A stretch of DNA of 64,000 nt from an uncultured Eubacteriales bacterium (GTDB lineage: Bacteria; Bacillota; Clostridia; TANB77; CAG-508), in NCBI GenBank assembly GCA_948468315.1, contig CAOKHL010000001.1, positions 34,064-98,063 of the forward strand, read 5' to 3'. Shown here piece after piece: positions 31,995-42,184 of the stretch; position 1 is the stretch's first letter; every line of letters starts with the position of its first letter. The translations under genes and the position numbers were made by a program. Under the pieces are notes generated by a model, which saw only the letters and a program-made list of their open reading frames with translations, searched no databases and was not told the origin of the DNA.

Positions 31995-33719
31995 ATGTTA
32001 GACAGAAGTATAAGATTTAATAATCTAAAAGAAATGATGTCAAAATCTAATGAAAAATTTGGGAATAGACCTGCATATTATGTTGATGGGAATAGTATAG
32101 AAAACGCAAGAATAATTAATTATAGAGAATTTTATAATGATATAAATAGTTTAGGTACAGCATTAATAGAAATGGGACTTAAAGGGAAAAGAATAGCGGT
32201 TATTGGAGAAAATAGATATGAATGGGAAGTAGCATATCTAGCTATTTGTTGTGGGACTGGAATTGTTGTACCACTTGATAAAGCCTTACCAGATAATGAA
32301 ATAGAAAGTTTAATTATACGTTCAGAAGTTGAAGCAATTTTTTATTCTAACAAATATGATGAATGTATGGCCAAAATCCAAAAACAAGGAAATTCAAAAA
32401 TAAAATACTTTATATCAATGGATTTAGAAAATAATGACTTTAATAAATATTCTCAAAAAGAAATAACTTCAAAAGGAAGAGAATTAATAAAACAAGGAAA
32501 TAATGAGTTTATAAATTCTAAGATTGATAATGAAGAAATGACTATAATGTTATTTACATCAGGAACAACAAATCAATCAAAAGCTGTTATGTTATCACAA
32601 CAAAATATTTGTACAAACATCATAGATATAAGAAATGTTTTTGAGCTTGACGAAACAGACAGATTTTTATCATTTTTACCATTACATCATACATTTGAAT
32701 GTACAGTAGGATTTTTGTATCCTTTATCTATTGGAGGAAGTATAATATTTTCAAAAGGGGTTAGACATATTGCCGATGAACTTAAAAATTTTAAAATAAC
32801 AGCAATAATATGCGTTCCAGTTGTATTTGAAAAAATGTATGATAAATTAATGAAGACAATAGAAGAAAAAGGAAAATTACCTACTGTAAAAAAAGGTATA
32901 AAACTAAGTAATACATTATTAAAAGTTGGAATAGATATTAGAAAAAAATTGTTTAAAGAAATACATGATAATTTAGGTGGAGCTCTAAGAGTAATGGTTG
33001 CTGGTGGAGCAGCATTATCTCCTGAAAAAGAAAAAGGATTTTGGGACTTAGGATTTAATCTATTACAAGGATACGGATTAACTGAAACATCACCTGTAAT
33101 ATCAGCAGAATTAACAAAACAAAAAAGAATAGGTTCAATAGGAAAGAAATTTCCAAATGTAGAAGTAAAAATAGATAATCCAGATGAAGAAGGAGTAGGG
33201 GAACTTCTAGCAAAAGGAAAATCTATAATGTTAGGATATTATAACAATGAAGAAGCAAATAAAGAATCTTTTACTGAAGATGGTTGGTTCCGTACAGGAG
33301 ATTTAGCTAAAATAGATAAAGACGGATATATATATATTTCTGGAAGAAAAAAATTTGTTATTGTGCTAAAAAATGGTAAAAATGTATATCCAGAAGAAAT
33401 TGAAAGTTTAATAGAAAAATCAGATTTAATAAAAGAATGTATGGTATTTGCTATTCCCGCAGATAATAAAGATGTTATGTTATCTGTAAAAGTTTGTTAT
33501 GATAAAGAATATATTGAAAAAGAATATGGAAATATTACAGAGCAAGAAATAAGAGAAAAGGTATGGAATTGGGTAAAAGAAGTTAATAAGACTATGCCAA
33601 AATATAAATATGTAAAAAAATTATTCTTGACAGACGAAGAACTTGTAAAAACAACGACTCTAAAAATAAAAAGAAATATAGAAATAGAAAAAACATTAAA
33701 GAATATTCAAACTATGTAA
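31995..33719 (+). CDS. Long-chain fatty acid--CoA ligase (AMP-binding)
   Basis: FTSGTT, QGYGLTETSP, GWFRTGDL and NGKNVYPEEIE motifs. Confidence 0.92.
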   Translation: MLDRSIRFNNLKEMMSKSNEKFGNRPAYYVDGNSIENARIINYREFYNDINSLGTALIEMGLKGKRIAVIGENRYEWEVAYLAICCGTGIVVPLDKALPDNEIESLIIRSEVEAIFYSNKYDECMAKIQKQGNSKIKYFISMDLENNDFNKYSQKEITSKGRELIKQGNNEFINSKIDNEEMTIMLFTSGTTNQSKAVMLSQQNICTNIIDIRNVFELDETDRFLSFLPLHHTFECTVGFLYPLSIGGSIIFSKGVRHIADELKNFKITAIICVPVVFEKMYDKLMKTIEEKGKLPTVKKGIKLSNTLLKVGIDIRKKLFKEIHDNLGGALRVMVAGGAALSPEKEKGFWDLGFNLLQGYGLTETSPVISAELTKQKRIGSIGKKFPNVEVKIDNPDEEGVGELLAKGKSIMLGYYNNEEANKESFTEDGWFRTGDLAKIDKDGYIYISGRKKFVIVLKNGKNVYPEEIESLIEKSDLIKECMVFAIPADNKDVMLSVKVCYDKEYIEKEYGNITEQEIREKVWNWVKEVNKTMPKYKYVKKLFLTDEELVKTTTLKIKRNIEIEKTLKNIQTM

Positions 33720-33753
33720 TAAAAATGTAATATTTATGTTACAAAAATGTAAA
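33715..33753 (+). promoter_or_regulatory. Four TGTWAH direct repeats at 11-bp spacing (OmpR/WalR-type binding array)
   Basis: tgtaat-aaaaa-tgtaat-attta-tgttac-aaaaa-tgtaaa, just upstream of a TTGTAG...TATAAT promoter. Confidence 0.55.
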
Positions 33754-33859
33754 AAAAACTTTTTTGAAATTTCTTGTAGTTTTTACGGGAGTGGTGTATA
33801 ATAAAAGTAAATTATGTAGAAAATACGTTAAAAACAATAACAAAGGAGGGAAGTTTACA

Positions 33860-34804
33860 ATGTCTAAGTCTGGCATAGTAAATGTGAGAATGGTAATCAC
33901 TGAAGAAAAAATAATATCAAATATAGATAAAGTTCAAAAAATAATAAATCCAAAAAATAAAAAACAAATAATACAACTAGAAGAAGATACTTATTTTAAA
34001 GATTTGATAGAATCTATAAAGACATATCTAATAGAGTATCCTAAAAAGAAAAATTTCCCTATTAGTGTATATAATGCAGCTTATTCGCTAGTTGAATTTG
34101 CAATAAATCAATTTGAAGAAAATACAAAAAGAGTAGAAGAATTAATAAAACAAAGAGAAGAAAATATAGCTTTAGCAGGAACATTAAATGATCTTATAGA
34201 AGCAGTAGATGAAAAACAAGAAGGTTGGAAAAACAGCGTAGAAGAAGCAAATAGTAAATTCACAGAAGACATTATTGAAAATTTAAATATAGTTGGAAGA
34301 TGCAAAGGGAAAACATCTCAAAAATATAATGATTCTATGAAAATACTTAAAGCAAAAGTAAATAACCTTGAATCTAATTTACACATAGAAATAGATATGG
34401 AAAGATTAGAAGATAGTTCAAAAGCACTAAGCTTTATAGGAATAGAAATATCAGATGCCTTAAAATTAATACCAACACCAGAAGAAAAAGTAGAACAAAT
34501 AGTTGCAGAAGAAACTGAACCAGTAAATATAGAAGAAATTGCTGAAAATAATAAAAAAGCAAAATCTAAGAAGAAAGAAAAAGTTAAAGAAAATATTCAA
34601 ACAATAAAACAAGAAGAAAACAAGGATATTAAAGAAGAAATAGCACAATATCAAGAAGAAACAACATTTAAAGCAAAACCATCATTATGGCAAAGATTTA
34701 AAAACAGTAAAATTGTTAGAGCAGCAACTTATGTATTTAGAATAAAAATAAGAATTGAATTACCAAGTAATGCACTTCCAGAAGGAAGAGATGAAAATTC
34801 TTAA
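33860..34804 (+). CDS. Hypothetical coiled-coil protein
   Basis: Long ORF with AGGAGG RBS and a downstream terminator (gacgccc/gggcgttc, about 34809-34834). Confidence 0.75.
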   Translation: MSKSGIVNVRMVITEEKIISNIDKVQKIINPKNKKQIIQLEEDTYFKDLIESIKTYLIEYPKKKNFPISVYNAAYSLVEFAINQFEENTKRVEELIKQREENIALAGTLNDLIEAVDEKQEGWKNSVEEANSKFTEDIIENLNIVGRCKGKTSQKYNDSMKILKAKVNNLESNLHIEIDMERLEDSSKALSFIGIEISDALKLIPTPEEKVEQIVAEETEPVNIEEIAENNKKAKSKKKEKVKENIQTIKQEENKDIKEEIAQYQEETTFKAKPSLWQRFKNSKIVRAATYVFRIKIRIELPSNALPEGRDENS

Positions 34805-34935
34805 AATAAGGACGCCCCAAAAAAGGGCGTTCTTTATGGTTTTTAATTAATCCATTTTTGAGTATAAATTTTATAAATAAAAATATATATTATAAAAAAA
34901 TACAGGTTAGAAATTTAACTTCTAACCTGATATTT

Positions 34936-35012
34936 TGGTGCTCCCTCAAGGATTCGAACCTTGGACCCACCGGTTATGAGCCGGTTGCTCTGACCAACTG
35001 AGCTAAGGGAGC
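34936..35012 (-). tRNA. tRNA with CAT anticodon, most likely tRNA-Ile2 (lysidine), otherwise elongator Met
   Basis: Reverse complement GCTCCCTTAGCTCAGTTGGTCAGAGCAACCGGCT-CAT-AACCGGTGGGTCCAAGGTTCGAATCCTTGAGGGAGCACCA forms a cloverleaf with encoded CCA; TTGACA...TACAAT promoter upstream. Confidence 0.93.
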
Positions 35013-35090
35013 ATTTCTTATAACGAATTGTAGTATATAATATTTTTGATTTTTTGTCAATAGTTTTTTAAAAAATAATGAAAATTTTTT

Positions 35091-35111
35091 TGTCGAATTT
35101 TGCGATGAAAA
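35091..35111 (+). promoter_or_regulatory. 21-bp motif tgtcgaattttgcgatgaaaa containing a Spo0A-type box (TGTCGAA), copy 1
   Basis: Identical copy at 55568-55588; lies immediately upstream of a TTGACA...TATAAT promoter. Confidence 0.55.
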
Positions 35112-35314
35112 GTTCTTGACAATATAAGACTAAAAAAGTATAATAATGACAATCAAGTTGATTTTTTCAAAAGGCAGTTAAAAACTAGTAGTTTCATAAA
35201 AAAATTTATTTCTGAAAAGTTATTTTCATACTTTTTTAAGCCTATAAATATGATTACTAAGCAACAACAACTTTATAAAAATGAACTTAGACTAGAAAAG
35301 AAAGGAGGATGTAA

Positions 35315-35920
35315 ATGACTGAACAACAAAAAGAAAATATATTATTGTCAATAGATAATAAAGTATCTAGTCATGATGAGCTATTAAAAACGATAAATAA
35401 TAAAGTATCAAACCATGATGAGCTATTAAAAACGATAAATAATAAAGTATCAAACCATGATGAGCTATTAAAAACGATAAATAATAAAGTATCAAACCAT
35501 GATGAATTATTAAAAACGATAAATAATAAAGTATCTAATCATGATGAACTATTAAAAAGAATAGTAGAAAAATTAGATAATCATTCAGAAAGATTATCTA
35601 ATCATGATGAACAATTTAAAATTGTATTTGAAAAAATAGAACTTAGAGATAATCTACTAATTGCAATAGTAAAAGAAATAGCATTAATAAGAACAGAAAT
35701 GAATAACCGATTTGAAAAGATTGAGAAAGAATTAGAACGTCAAAGACAAAACATGGTTAGAATGGAATACGAATTATTAAATAAAATAGAAGCACTGTTT
35801 GATATAAGCAAAATAAATGAAGATAAATTTCAAGAACAAGACACTAAAATTATAGAAATCAAAGATACTTTAGATTGGCATGATAGTAGAATTTTCAAGC
35901 TTGAAACAAGTAACAAATAA
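35315..35920 (+). CDS. Coiled-coil protein with tandem 14-aa repeats
   Basis: (I)NNKVSNHDELLKT repeated about 5 times; AGGAGG RBS. Confidence 0.8.
   Translation: MTEQQKENILLSIDNKVSSHDELLKTINNKVSNHDELLKTINNKVSNHDELLKTINNKVSNHDELLKTINNKVSNHDELLKRIVEKLDNHSERLSNHDEQFKIVFEKIELRDNLLIAIVKEIALIRTEMNNRFEKIEKELERQRQNMVRMEYELLNKIEALFDISKINEDKFQEQDTKIIEIKDTLDWHDSRIFKLETSNK
35352..35558 (+). repeat. Intragenic 42-bp tandem repeat, about 5 copies
   Basis: ataaataataaagtatcaaaccatgatgagctattaaaaacg units. Confidence 0.9.
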
Positions 35921-36112
35921 AAGATACAAAAATACCCTTAAAAAGTAATAAAAATAAAAAAATTACTAATATTTAGGGTATTTTTATTATCCAAAAACTG
36001 TAACCAAACATTTTGTAAATTTTTCGTAAATCCACTTGAAAAAATAGATAATTATTGTTATGATAATATTGATTGAATAAAAACAAGCAGATAAAAGGAG
36101 AATTTTGTAAAA

Positions 36113-36796
36113 ATGATAGAATTTAGAAATGTTACAAAGACATATGATACAGGAACAAAAGCTGTAAAAAATGCGAATTTTTTAATAGAAAAAGGTGAAT
36201 TTTGTTTCTTGGTTGGAACATCAGGAAGTGGTAAATCTACACTTATAAAATTAATATTAAAAGAAGAAGAAGCAACATCAGGAAATATAATAATAAACGG
36301 AAAAGACACAACTTTTTTAAAACCAAATAGAGTACCATATTTACGTAGAAGTATGGGAGTTGTTTTCCAAGACTTTAGACTTTTACCAGACAAAACAGTT
36401 TATGATAATGTTGCATATGCAATGTATATAGTACGTGCAACACAAAGACATATACGTAGACAAGTTCCAATGGTACTTTCATTAGTAGGACTTAGCCAAA
36501 AAGCAAAAATGTATCCAAATGAATTATCAGGAGGAGAGCAACAAAGAGTAGCACTAGCAAGAGCATTAGTAAATAATCCATCAATGTTAATTGCAGATGA
36601 GCCAACAGGAAATTTAGACCCAGATACAGCTTGGGATATAATGAATTTATTAAATGATATAAATATGAGAGGAACAACAGTAGTTGTAGCAACACATGCC
36701 AAAGATATAGTAGATAAAATGAAAAAAAGAGTTATCCATATCGAAAAAGGCGATATAATAAGAGATGATAAAAAAGGTGGTTATGATGAAATATAA
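36113..36796 (+). CDS. ftsE: Cell division ATP-binding protein FtsE
   Basis: GTSGSGKST, VFQDFRLL, LSGGEQQRVA and ADEPTGNLDP motifs; followed by ftsX. Confidence 0.95.
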   Translation: MIEFRNVTKTYDTGTKAVKNANFLIEKGEFCFLVGTSGSGKSTLIKLILKEEEATSGNIIINGKDTTFLKPNRVPYLRRSMGVVFQDFRLLPDKTVYDNVAYAMYIVRATQRHIRRQVPMVLSLVGLSQKAKMYPNELSGGEQQRVALARALVNNPSMLIADEPTGNLDPDTAWDIMNLLNDINMRGTTVVVATHAKDIVDKMKKRVIHIEKGDIIRDDKKGGYDEI

Positions 36797-37685
36797 TGTA
36801 TTAACATATTTAATTGGAGAAGGATTTTCCAATATATTTAAAAATAAAAAACAAGCAGCAACATCATTTGGAACTATGTGTGTAATAATGATATTTTTTG
36901 GAATATGTTTTATATTAGTAGGAAATTTTAATCACTTTATAAAGCAAGTAGAATCAGAACAAGGAATACAAGCATATATAGTAAATGATGCAACAGAAGA
37001 AGAAATAAAAGTACTTGAAGAACAAATAAAAGCTCTAGAAGGAGTAAATACGACAGAATTTATTTCAAAAGAAGAAGCCTTGCAAAGTATGAAAAACAGA
37101 TTAGGGGAAAAATCATATTTATTAGATGGATATGATGAAAACAATATATTTCCTGCATCATATATAGTAACACTTACAGACTTAACATTAAGTTCTAAAG
37201 TGCAATCTTCAATAAAAGAATTAGACAATGTAAAAAAGATTACAAGTAGTGATGAAACAATTTCAACATTAGTAAAAATAGCAAATGGAATAAAAATAGG
37301 AAGTTATGTAATTATTGCTGCATTAGTATGTGTAAGTATATTCATAATTTCAAACACAATAAAACTTACAGTATATGCAAGAAGAAAAGAAATTTCAATA
37401 ATGAAATATGTTGGGGCAACAAATAGTTTTATAAGATGGCCTTTTATAGTAGAAGGTGTAATAATAGGAATAATTTCAGGAGCAATATCTTTAGCAATTA
37501 TTGCTGGAATATATTTATTAATTGGACAAAATATAGGTTTTGTAGGATTTTTATCAAATTTAGGTTTAAGCCTATTAGAATTTAGTGATATGTTCAATTT
37601 AATATTAATTATATATTTAGTACTAGGTGTTGGAATAGGAATACTTGGAAGTAGTCTTTCAATGAGAAAATATTTAAAAGTATAG
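36786..37685 (+). CDS. ftsX: Cell division permease FtsX
   Basis: ISNTIKLTVYARRKEISIMKYVGAT..FIRWPF motif. Confidence 0.95.
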   Translation: MKYNVLTYLIGEGFSNIFKNKKQAATSFGTMCVIMIFFGICFILVGNFNHFIKQVESEQGIQAYIVNDATEEEIKVLEEQIKALEGVNTTEFISKEEALQSMKNRLGEKSYLLDGYDENNIFPASYIVTLTDLTLSSKVQSSIKELDNVKKITSSDETISTLVKIANGIKIGSYVIIAALVCVSIFIISNTIKLTVYARRKEISIMKYVGATNSFIRWPFIVEGVIIGIISGAISLAIIAGIYLLIGQNIGFVGFLSNLGLSLLEFSDMFNLILIIYLVLGVGIGILGSSLSMRKYLKV

Positions 37686-37735
37686 ATATAAGTGCATTTT
37701 CAAATATAGAAAATAGCATGAAAGGAGGAAAAGTA

Positions 37736-38881
37736 ATGCGCAAAATATATAAACTTTTAATAATTAGTATATTAGTTTGCGCCATTTCTTTTGTTTCATA
37801 TGCAGCAGATTTAAATGAATTACAGAACCAGAAAAACGAAATTCAAACACAAATAGAAGAAGATAATAATAAACTAACAGATGTAAATGATGAACTAACA
37901 GAAAACTTAAAACAGATACAAAAATTAGATGAGAGTATTCAAAGTACACAGGAATCATTAGACAAGTTAAATAGAGAAATTGCAGAAAAAGAAGAAGAAA
38001 TATCAAAAGTAGAAATAGAACTAAAAATAATTACTCAAAAATATAATATTCAAAAAGAATTATTAGATGCAAGATTAATTGCAATGTATGAAACAGAAAA
38101 CACCAATTATTTAGATGTGGTGTTAGGTGCAAGTAGTATATCAGATTTTATATCTACTTATTACTTGATATCAGAGATAGCATCTTATGATATAGATTTA
38201 TTGGAATTAGTTGAAGAACAAAAGAAAGAAATTGAACAGAAAAATCTTGAAATAAGTACACAAAAAGAAAAATTAGTAACTGAAAAAAGAACTTCGCAAA
38301 AAACTGAAATAGCATTATCAAATACAAAGGTTTTAAGGCAGAACTATATCCAAAAATTAAGTGAAGAAGAACAAGCACTTCAAGCACAAATAGATGAATA
38401 TAATAATCAAATAAATGCAATAGAAGCAGAAATAAGAAGTTTAGCATCAACAATTAATTTTGGTGAAGATTATCAAGGTGGACCAATGCAATGGCCTATA
38501 TATGGTCATTATAATATAACATCAAATTATGGGATGAGAACACATCCTATAACAGGAGTTTATAAACTTCATACTGGAGTCGATATAAGTGCTACAATAG
38601 GAACAGATTTTACAGCAATGGCTAATGGCATTGTTGTTAAAGCAGAATTCAATACTGCATATGGAAATATGGTTATAATAGACCATGGAGGAGGAGTTCA
38701 AACACTTTATGCACATGGATCAGAAATTATTGCTCAAGTTGGACAAGAAGTTAAAGCAGGTGATGTTATTTTAAAAGTAGGTTCAACAGGATATTCAACA
38801 GGTCCACATGCACATTTTGAAGTTAGAATTAATGGAACAACTGCAAATCCACTAGATTATGTTTCAATACCACAAGAATAA
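37736..38881 (+). CDS. Coiled-coil M23 peptidase (EnvC/CwlO-like murein hydrolase activator)
   Basis: Signal peptide, coiled coil, HTGVD, YGNMVIIDH and STGPHAHFEV motifs. Confidence 0.9.
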   Translation: MRKIYKLLIISILVCAISFVSYAADLNELQNQKNEIQTQIEEDNNKLTDVNDELTENLKQIQKLDESIQSTQESLDKLNREIAEKEEEISKVEIELKIITQKYNIQKELLDARLIAMYETENTNYLDVVLGASSISDFISTYYLISEIASYDIDLLELVEEQKKEIEQKNLEISTQKEKLVTEKRTSQKTEIALSNTKVLRQNYIQKLSEEEQALQAQIDEYNNQINAIEAEIRSLASTINFGEDYQGGPMQWPIYGHYNITSNYGMRTHPITGVYKLHTGVDISATIGTDFTAMANGIVVKAEFNTAYGNMVIIDHGGGVQTLYAHGSEIIAQVGQEVKAGDVILKVGSTGYSTGPHAHFEVRINGTTANPLDYVSIPQE

Positions 38882-38915
38882 AATACTTTTTAGATAAAAG
38901 AGAGGAATTTTTATT

Positions 38916-40199
38916 ATGAAAAAAAATTTAAAAGTACTAATAATTATACTAATAATTGCAAATATAATTACATACACTAATATAAGTGTTGCAAGTAATA
39001 AAACAGACTTGCAGAATCAACAATCAGATTTAGATGAATCTATATCACATGCTAAAGATGATTTAAAAAATATAGAAAAAGAAAAATCAAAAACATTAAG
39101 TCAGGTAGAAGATTTAATGGGGCAAATATCTGATTATCAAACAGAAATAAATGAATTAGATTCAAAAATTTCTAATTTACAAACTAAAATTAAAGATGCT
39201 GAAAAACAAATAAAAGAAGATGAAGAAGAATATAAAAAACAACAAAAAGCATTAGATGAAAGATTAGTTACAATGTATGAAAATGGAGATATATCTTATT
39301 TAGATGTTTTACTTTCATCAAGTAGTTTAACAGATTTTATATCAAGTTATTACATAGTTTCAGAATTAACATCATATGATACAGAAATGTTGAAACAAGT
39401 AGAAGAAGAAAAGAAAAAAATAGAAAATGAAAAACAAGAATTAGAAACAAGTAAAAAATCTTTAGACCAAGCAAAAGAAACTAAAGAAGCAAAAGCAGGA
39501 GCATTAAAAGTAGCTAAAAAAGAGAAAGAAGAAAAAGCAAAAGAACTTTCTGAAGAAGAAAAAAGTACACAAAAAGAAATAGAAGAAATGCTTGAAGATA
39601 AAGCAGTAATAGATAAACAATTACAAAAAATAGCTAAAGAAGAAGCCGAAAGACTAGAAAGAGAAAGACTAGAAGCTGAGAAAAAGGCACAAGAAGCAAA
39701 TAACAATAAAAACCCAGGAAAAAATAATACATCATCTGGTTCATCATCAACTTCAAATAGTCCAAGTACAAAAGGATATATTTTCCCTGTTGCAGGATGT
39801 AGTAGAGCAAATATTAATAAATTAGTATATCCTTCATATAAAGGTCATACTGGTATTGATGTAAATATAGGAGTTACAGGAAAAAGTGTAGTTGCAACAA
39901 AAGCAGGAACTGTAACTACATCAACAGCTTTAAAAAATCCAAATGGAACATATAGAAGTTATGGAGAATATGTCATGATAAATCATGGAGATGGAACAGT
40001 AACATTATATGCACATATGCTTGCAGGTTCAAGAAAAGTTCAAGAAGGAGATAAAGTATCTCAAGGTCAAGTAATTGGAACAGTAGGTTCAACAGGAAAT
40101 TCATCAGGAACACATTTACATTATGAAGTAAGAATACTTACAAATTCTGGTGGAGTATATTCATTTAAACCAACAAACCCAATTCCATATTTACCATAA
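38916..40199 (+). CDS. Second coiled-coil M23 peptidase
   Basis: HTGID, TLYAHM and SSGTHLHYEV motifs; paralog of the upstream gene. Confidence 0.9.
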   Translation: MKKNLKVLIIILIIANIITYTNISVASNKTDLQNQQSDLDESISHAKDDLKNIEKEKSKTLSQVEDLMGQISDYQTEINELDSKISNLQTKIKDAEKQIKEDEEEYKKQQKALDERLVTMYENGDISYLDVLLSSSSLTDFISSYYIVSELTSYDTEMLKQVEEEKKKIENEKQELETSKKSLDQAKETKEAKAGALKVAKKEKEEKAKELSEEEKSTQKEIEEMLEDKAVIDKQLQKIAKEEAERLERERLEAEKKAQEANNNKNPGKNNTSSGSSSTSNSPSTKGYIFPVAGCSRANINKLVYPSYKGHTGIDVNIGVTGKSVVATKAGTVTTSTALKNPNGTYRSYGEYVMINHGDGTVTLYAHMLAGSRKVQEGDKVSQGQVIGTVGSTGNSSGTHLHYEVRILTNSGGVYSFKPTNPIPYLP

Positions 40200-40286
40200 A
40201 AATATCTAGTTTATGGAAGTTATAAAATTTATAAACATCGAAGGGAGGAAGTCTATTTAGTAAATTAGCTATTTAGACTAGAAAAA

Positions 40287-41522
40287 ATGGAAAATAAAAA
40301 TAAAGTTTACAAAACAGTAATGTTAGTTATTTTAACAGCATTTTTAACATTTATGATAACAGCATTTTCAATGTATTCATATTTTAGCAATAACTCATTT
40401 ATTACACTTTCAGGAATTAATAATTCTACAGGTAGTATAAGTGGTAAAAATAATTCAGAGTTGGAAAAATACTTAAAAAAAATAAAAGCAACAATAGATA
40501 AATATTATTTATGGAATGATAAAATTGATGAAGAAAAGTTACAAACAGGAGCTATTAAAGGATATGTTGAAGGATTAGAAGATGAATATACAGAATATAT
40601 TCCAGCAGATGAAATGAAAGAATATAAAGAAAATATTGTAGGTAATTTTGTTGGAATTGGAATATATATGAGGGCAGATGAAGATTTAGGAAGAGTAGTT
40701 GTATATTATCCAATCCCTGATAGTCCAGCAGAAAAAGCGGGAATAAAAGCAGGAGATTTAATTATAAAAGTAAATGGTACAGAATACACATCAAATGATT
40801 TTGAAAACATTTCTAATTACATAAAAGGAGAAGAAGGGTCAACTGTAAATATATTAGTAGAGAGAAATGGAGAAAGATTATCATTTGATATAGTAAGAGA
40901 AAAAATAAATACTAATCCAATTACAATTAAGATGTTAGATAAGGAAATAGGATATTTAAAACTTCCAAGTTTTGATGAAGGAACAGCAAAAGATTTTGAA
41001 GAAAAGGTTAAAGAATTAAAATCAGAAGGCGCAAAAAGTTTAATAATAGATTTAAGAAATAATGGTGGAGGAATTGTAACAGAAGCAACAGATATTGCTA
41101 ATTTTCTATTAGAAAAAGGCAAGACAATAATTTCAACAGTAGATAATCAAGATAAAAAAGAAATAACTTATTCAAAAAATGATGCAATTTTTACTATGCC
41201 AATAACAGTTTTAGTAAATGAGAATTCAGCAAGTGCATCTGAAATATTAGCTTGTAGTCTTCAAGATAATGAAAGAGCAAAAATTATTGGAACAAAAACT
41301 TATGGAAAAGGAATAATACAAACATTGCTTTCTTTAAATGATGGAAGTGGTTTGAAAATAACAACAGAAGAATATTACACACCAAAAGGAACTACAATTC
41401 ACGAAGTAGGAATTACACCAGATGAAGAAGTAAAACTTCCAGACACTGTAAAAAGTATATATGCAGTGAAAGAAGAAGAAGATACTCAACTTCAAAAAGC
41501 AATAGAATTATTAGAAAGATAG
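40287..41522 (+). CDS. S41 C-terminal processing peptidase (PDZ)
   Basis: GIGI, DLRNNGGG, SASASEI and TYGKGIIQ motifs. Confidence 0.92.
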   Translation: MENKNKVYKTVMLVILTAFLTFMITAFSMYSYFSNNSFITLSGINNSTGSISGKNNSELEKYLKKIKATIDKYYLWNDKIDEEKLQTGAIKGYVEGLEDEYTEYIPADEMKEYKENIVGNFVGIGIYMRADEDLGRVVVYYPIPDSPAEKAGIKAGDLIIKVNGTEYTSNDFENISNYIKGEEGSTVNILVERNGERLSFDIVREKINTNPITIKMLDKEIGYLKLPSFDEGTAKDFEEKVKELKSEGAKSLIIDLRNNGGGIVTEATDIANFLLEKGKTIISTVDNQDKKEITYSKNDAIFTMPITVLVNENSASASEILACSLQDNERAKIIGTKTYGKGIIQTLLSLNDGSGLKITTEEYYTPKGTTIHEVGITPDEEVKLPDTVKSIYAVKEEEDTQLQKAIELLER

Positions 41523-41534
41523 AGGAAAATTGTA

Positions 41535-42173
41535 ATGAATTTGCCAAATAAATTGACAATATTTAGAATAATATTAGTACCTATAATGGTTATTATACCA
41601 TTTTTAAATATACAAGGTGAAATTTTAGGAGTACCAATTACGTTTTTAATAATAGACTTAATTTTTATAATAGCATCAATAACAGATAAATTAGATGGAA
41701 GTATAGCAAGGTCTAAAAATTTAGTTACAACTTTTGGTAAATTTTTAGACCCCATAGCAGATAAAATTTTAGTTTTAGCAGCTTTAATAATGCTTGTAGA
41801 TTTTAATAAAATTCCTGCTTGGATACCAATAATAATTTTATTTAGAGAATTTATAGTTTCTGGATATAGATTAATTGCCTCACAAAATGGAGGAAAGGTA
41901 ATTGCAGCATCTATTTGGGGAAAGATAAAAACAGTAACTCAAATGGTAGCTATAATACTAATATTTATAGATAAATATAATTTCTTTGATTTTATAAGAG
42001 CAACAACAGATGTTGTAAAACAAACTGGAAGTAGTTTTCTAATTTTAATGACAGGTCCAGAAATGATATTCAATATAATTACATCTGTACTTTTATTGAT
42101 ATCTGTAATAGCAACAGTTATTTCTGGAATTGACTATTTGAAAGGTGGAAAAGAATTATTAAAAGATAAATAG
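41535..42173 (+). CDS. pgsA: CDP-diacylglycerol--glycerol-3-phosphate 3-phosphatidyltransferase
   Basis: MNLPNKLT and TDKLDGSIAR..VTTFGKFLDPIADK motifs. Confidence 0.94.
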   Translation: MNLPNKLTIFRIILVPIMVIIPFLNIQGEILGVPITFLIIDLIFIIASITDKLDGSIARSKNLVTTFGKFLDPIADKILVLAALIMLVDFNKIPAWIPIIILFREFIVSGYRLIASQNGGKVIAASIWGKIKTVTQMVAIILIFIDKYNFFDFIRATTDVVKQTGSSFLILMTGPEMIFNIITSVLLLISVIATVISGIDYLKGGKELLKDK

Positions 42174-42184
42174 AAGGTGATAAT

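Noticed and set aside
34936-35012. The tRNA as a frameshift-suppressor tRNA or prophage attachment site
   Set aside because: It has a normal 7-nt anticodon loop with CAT; no integrase or duplicated 3' end is seen in the window.
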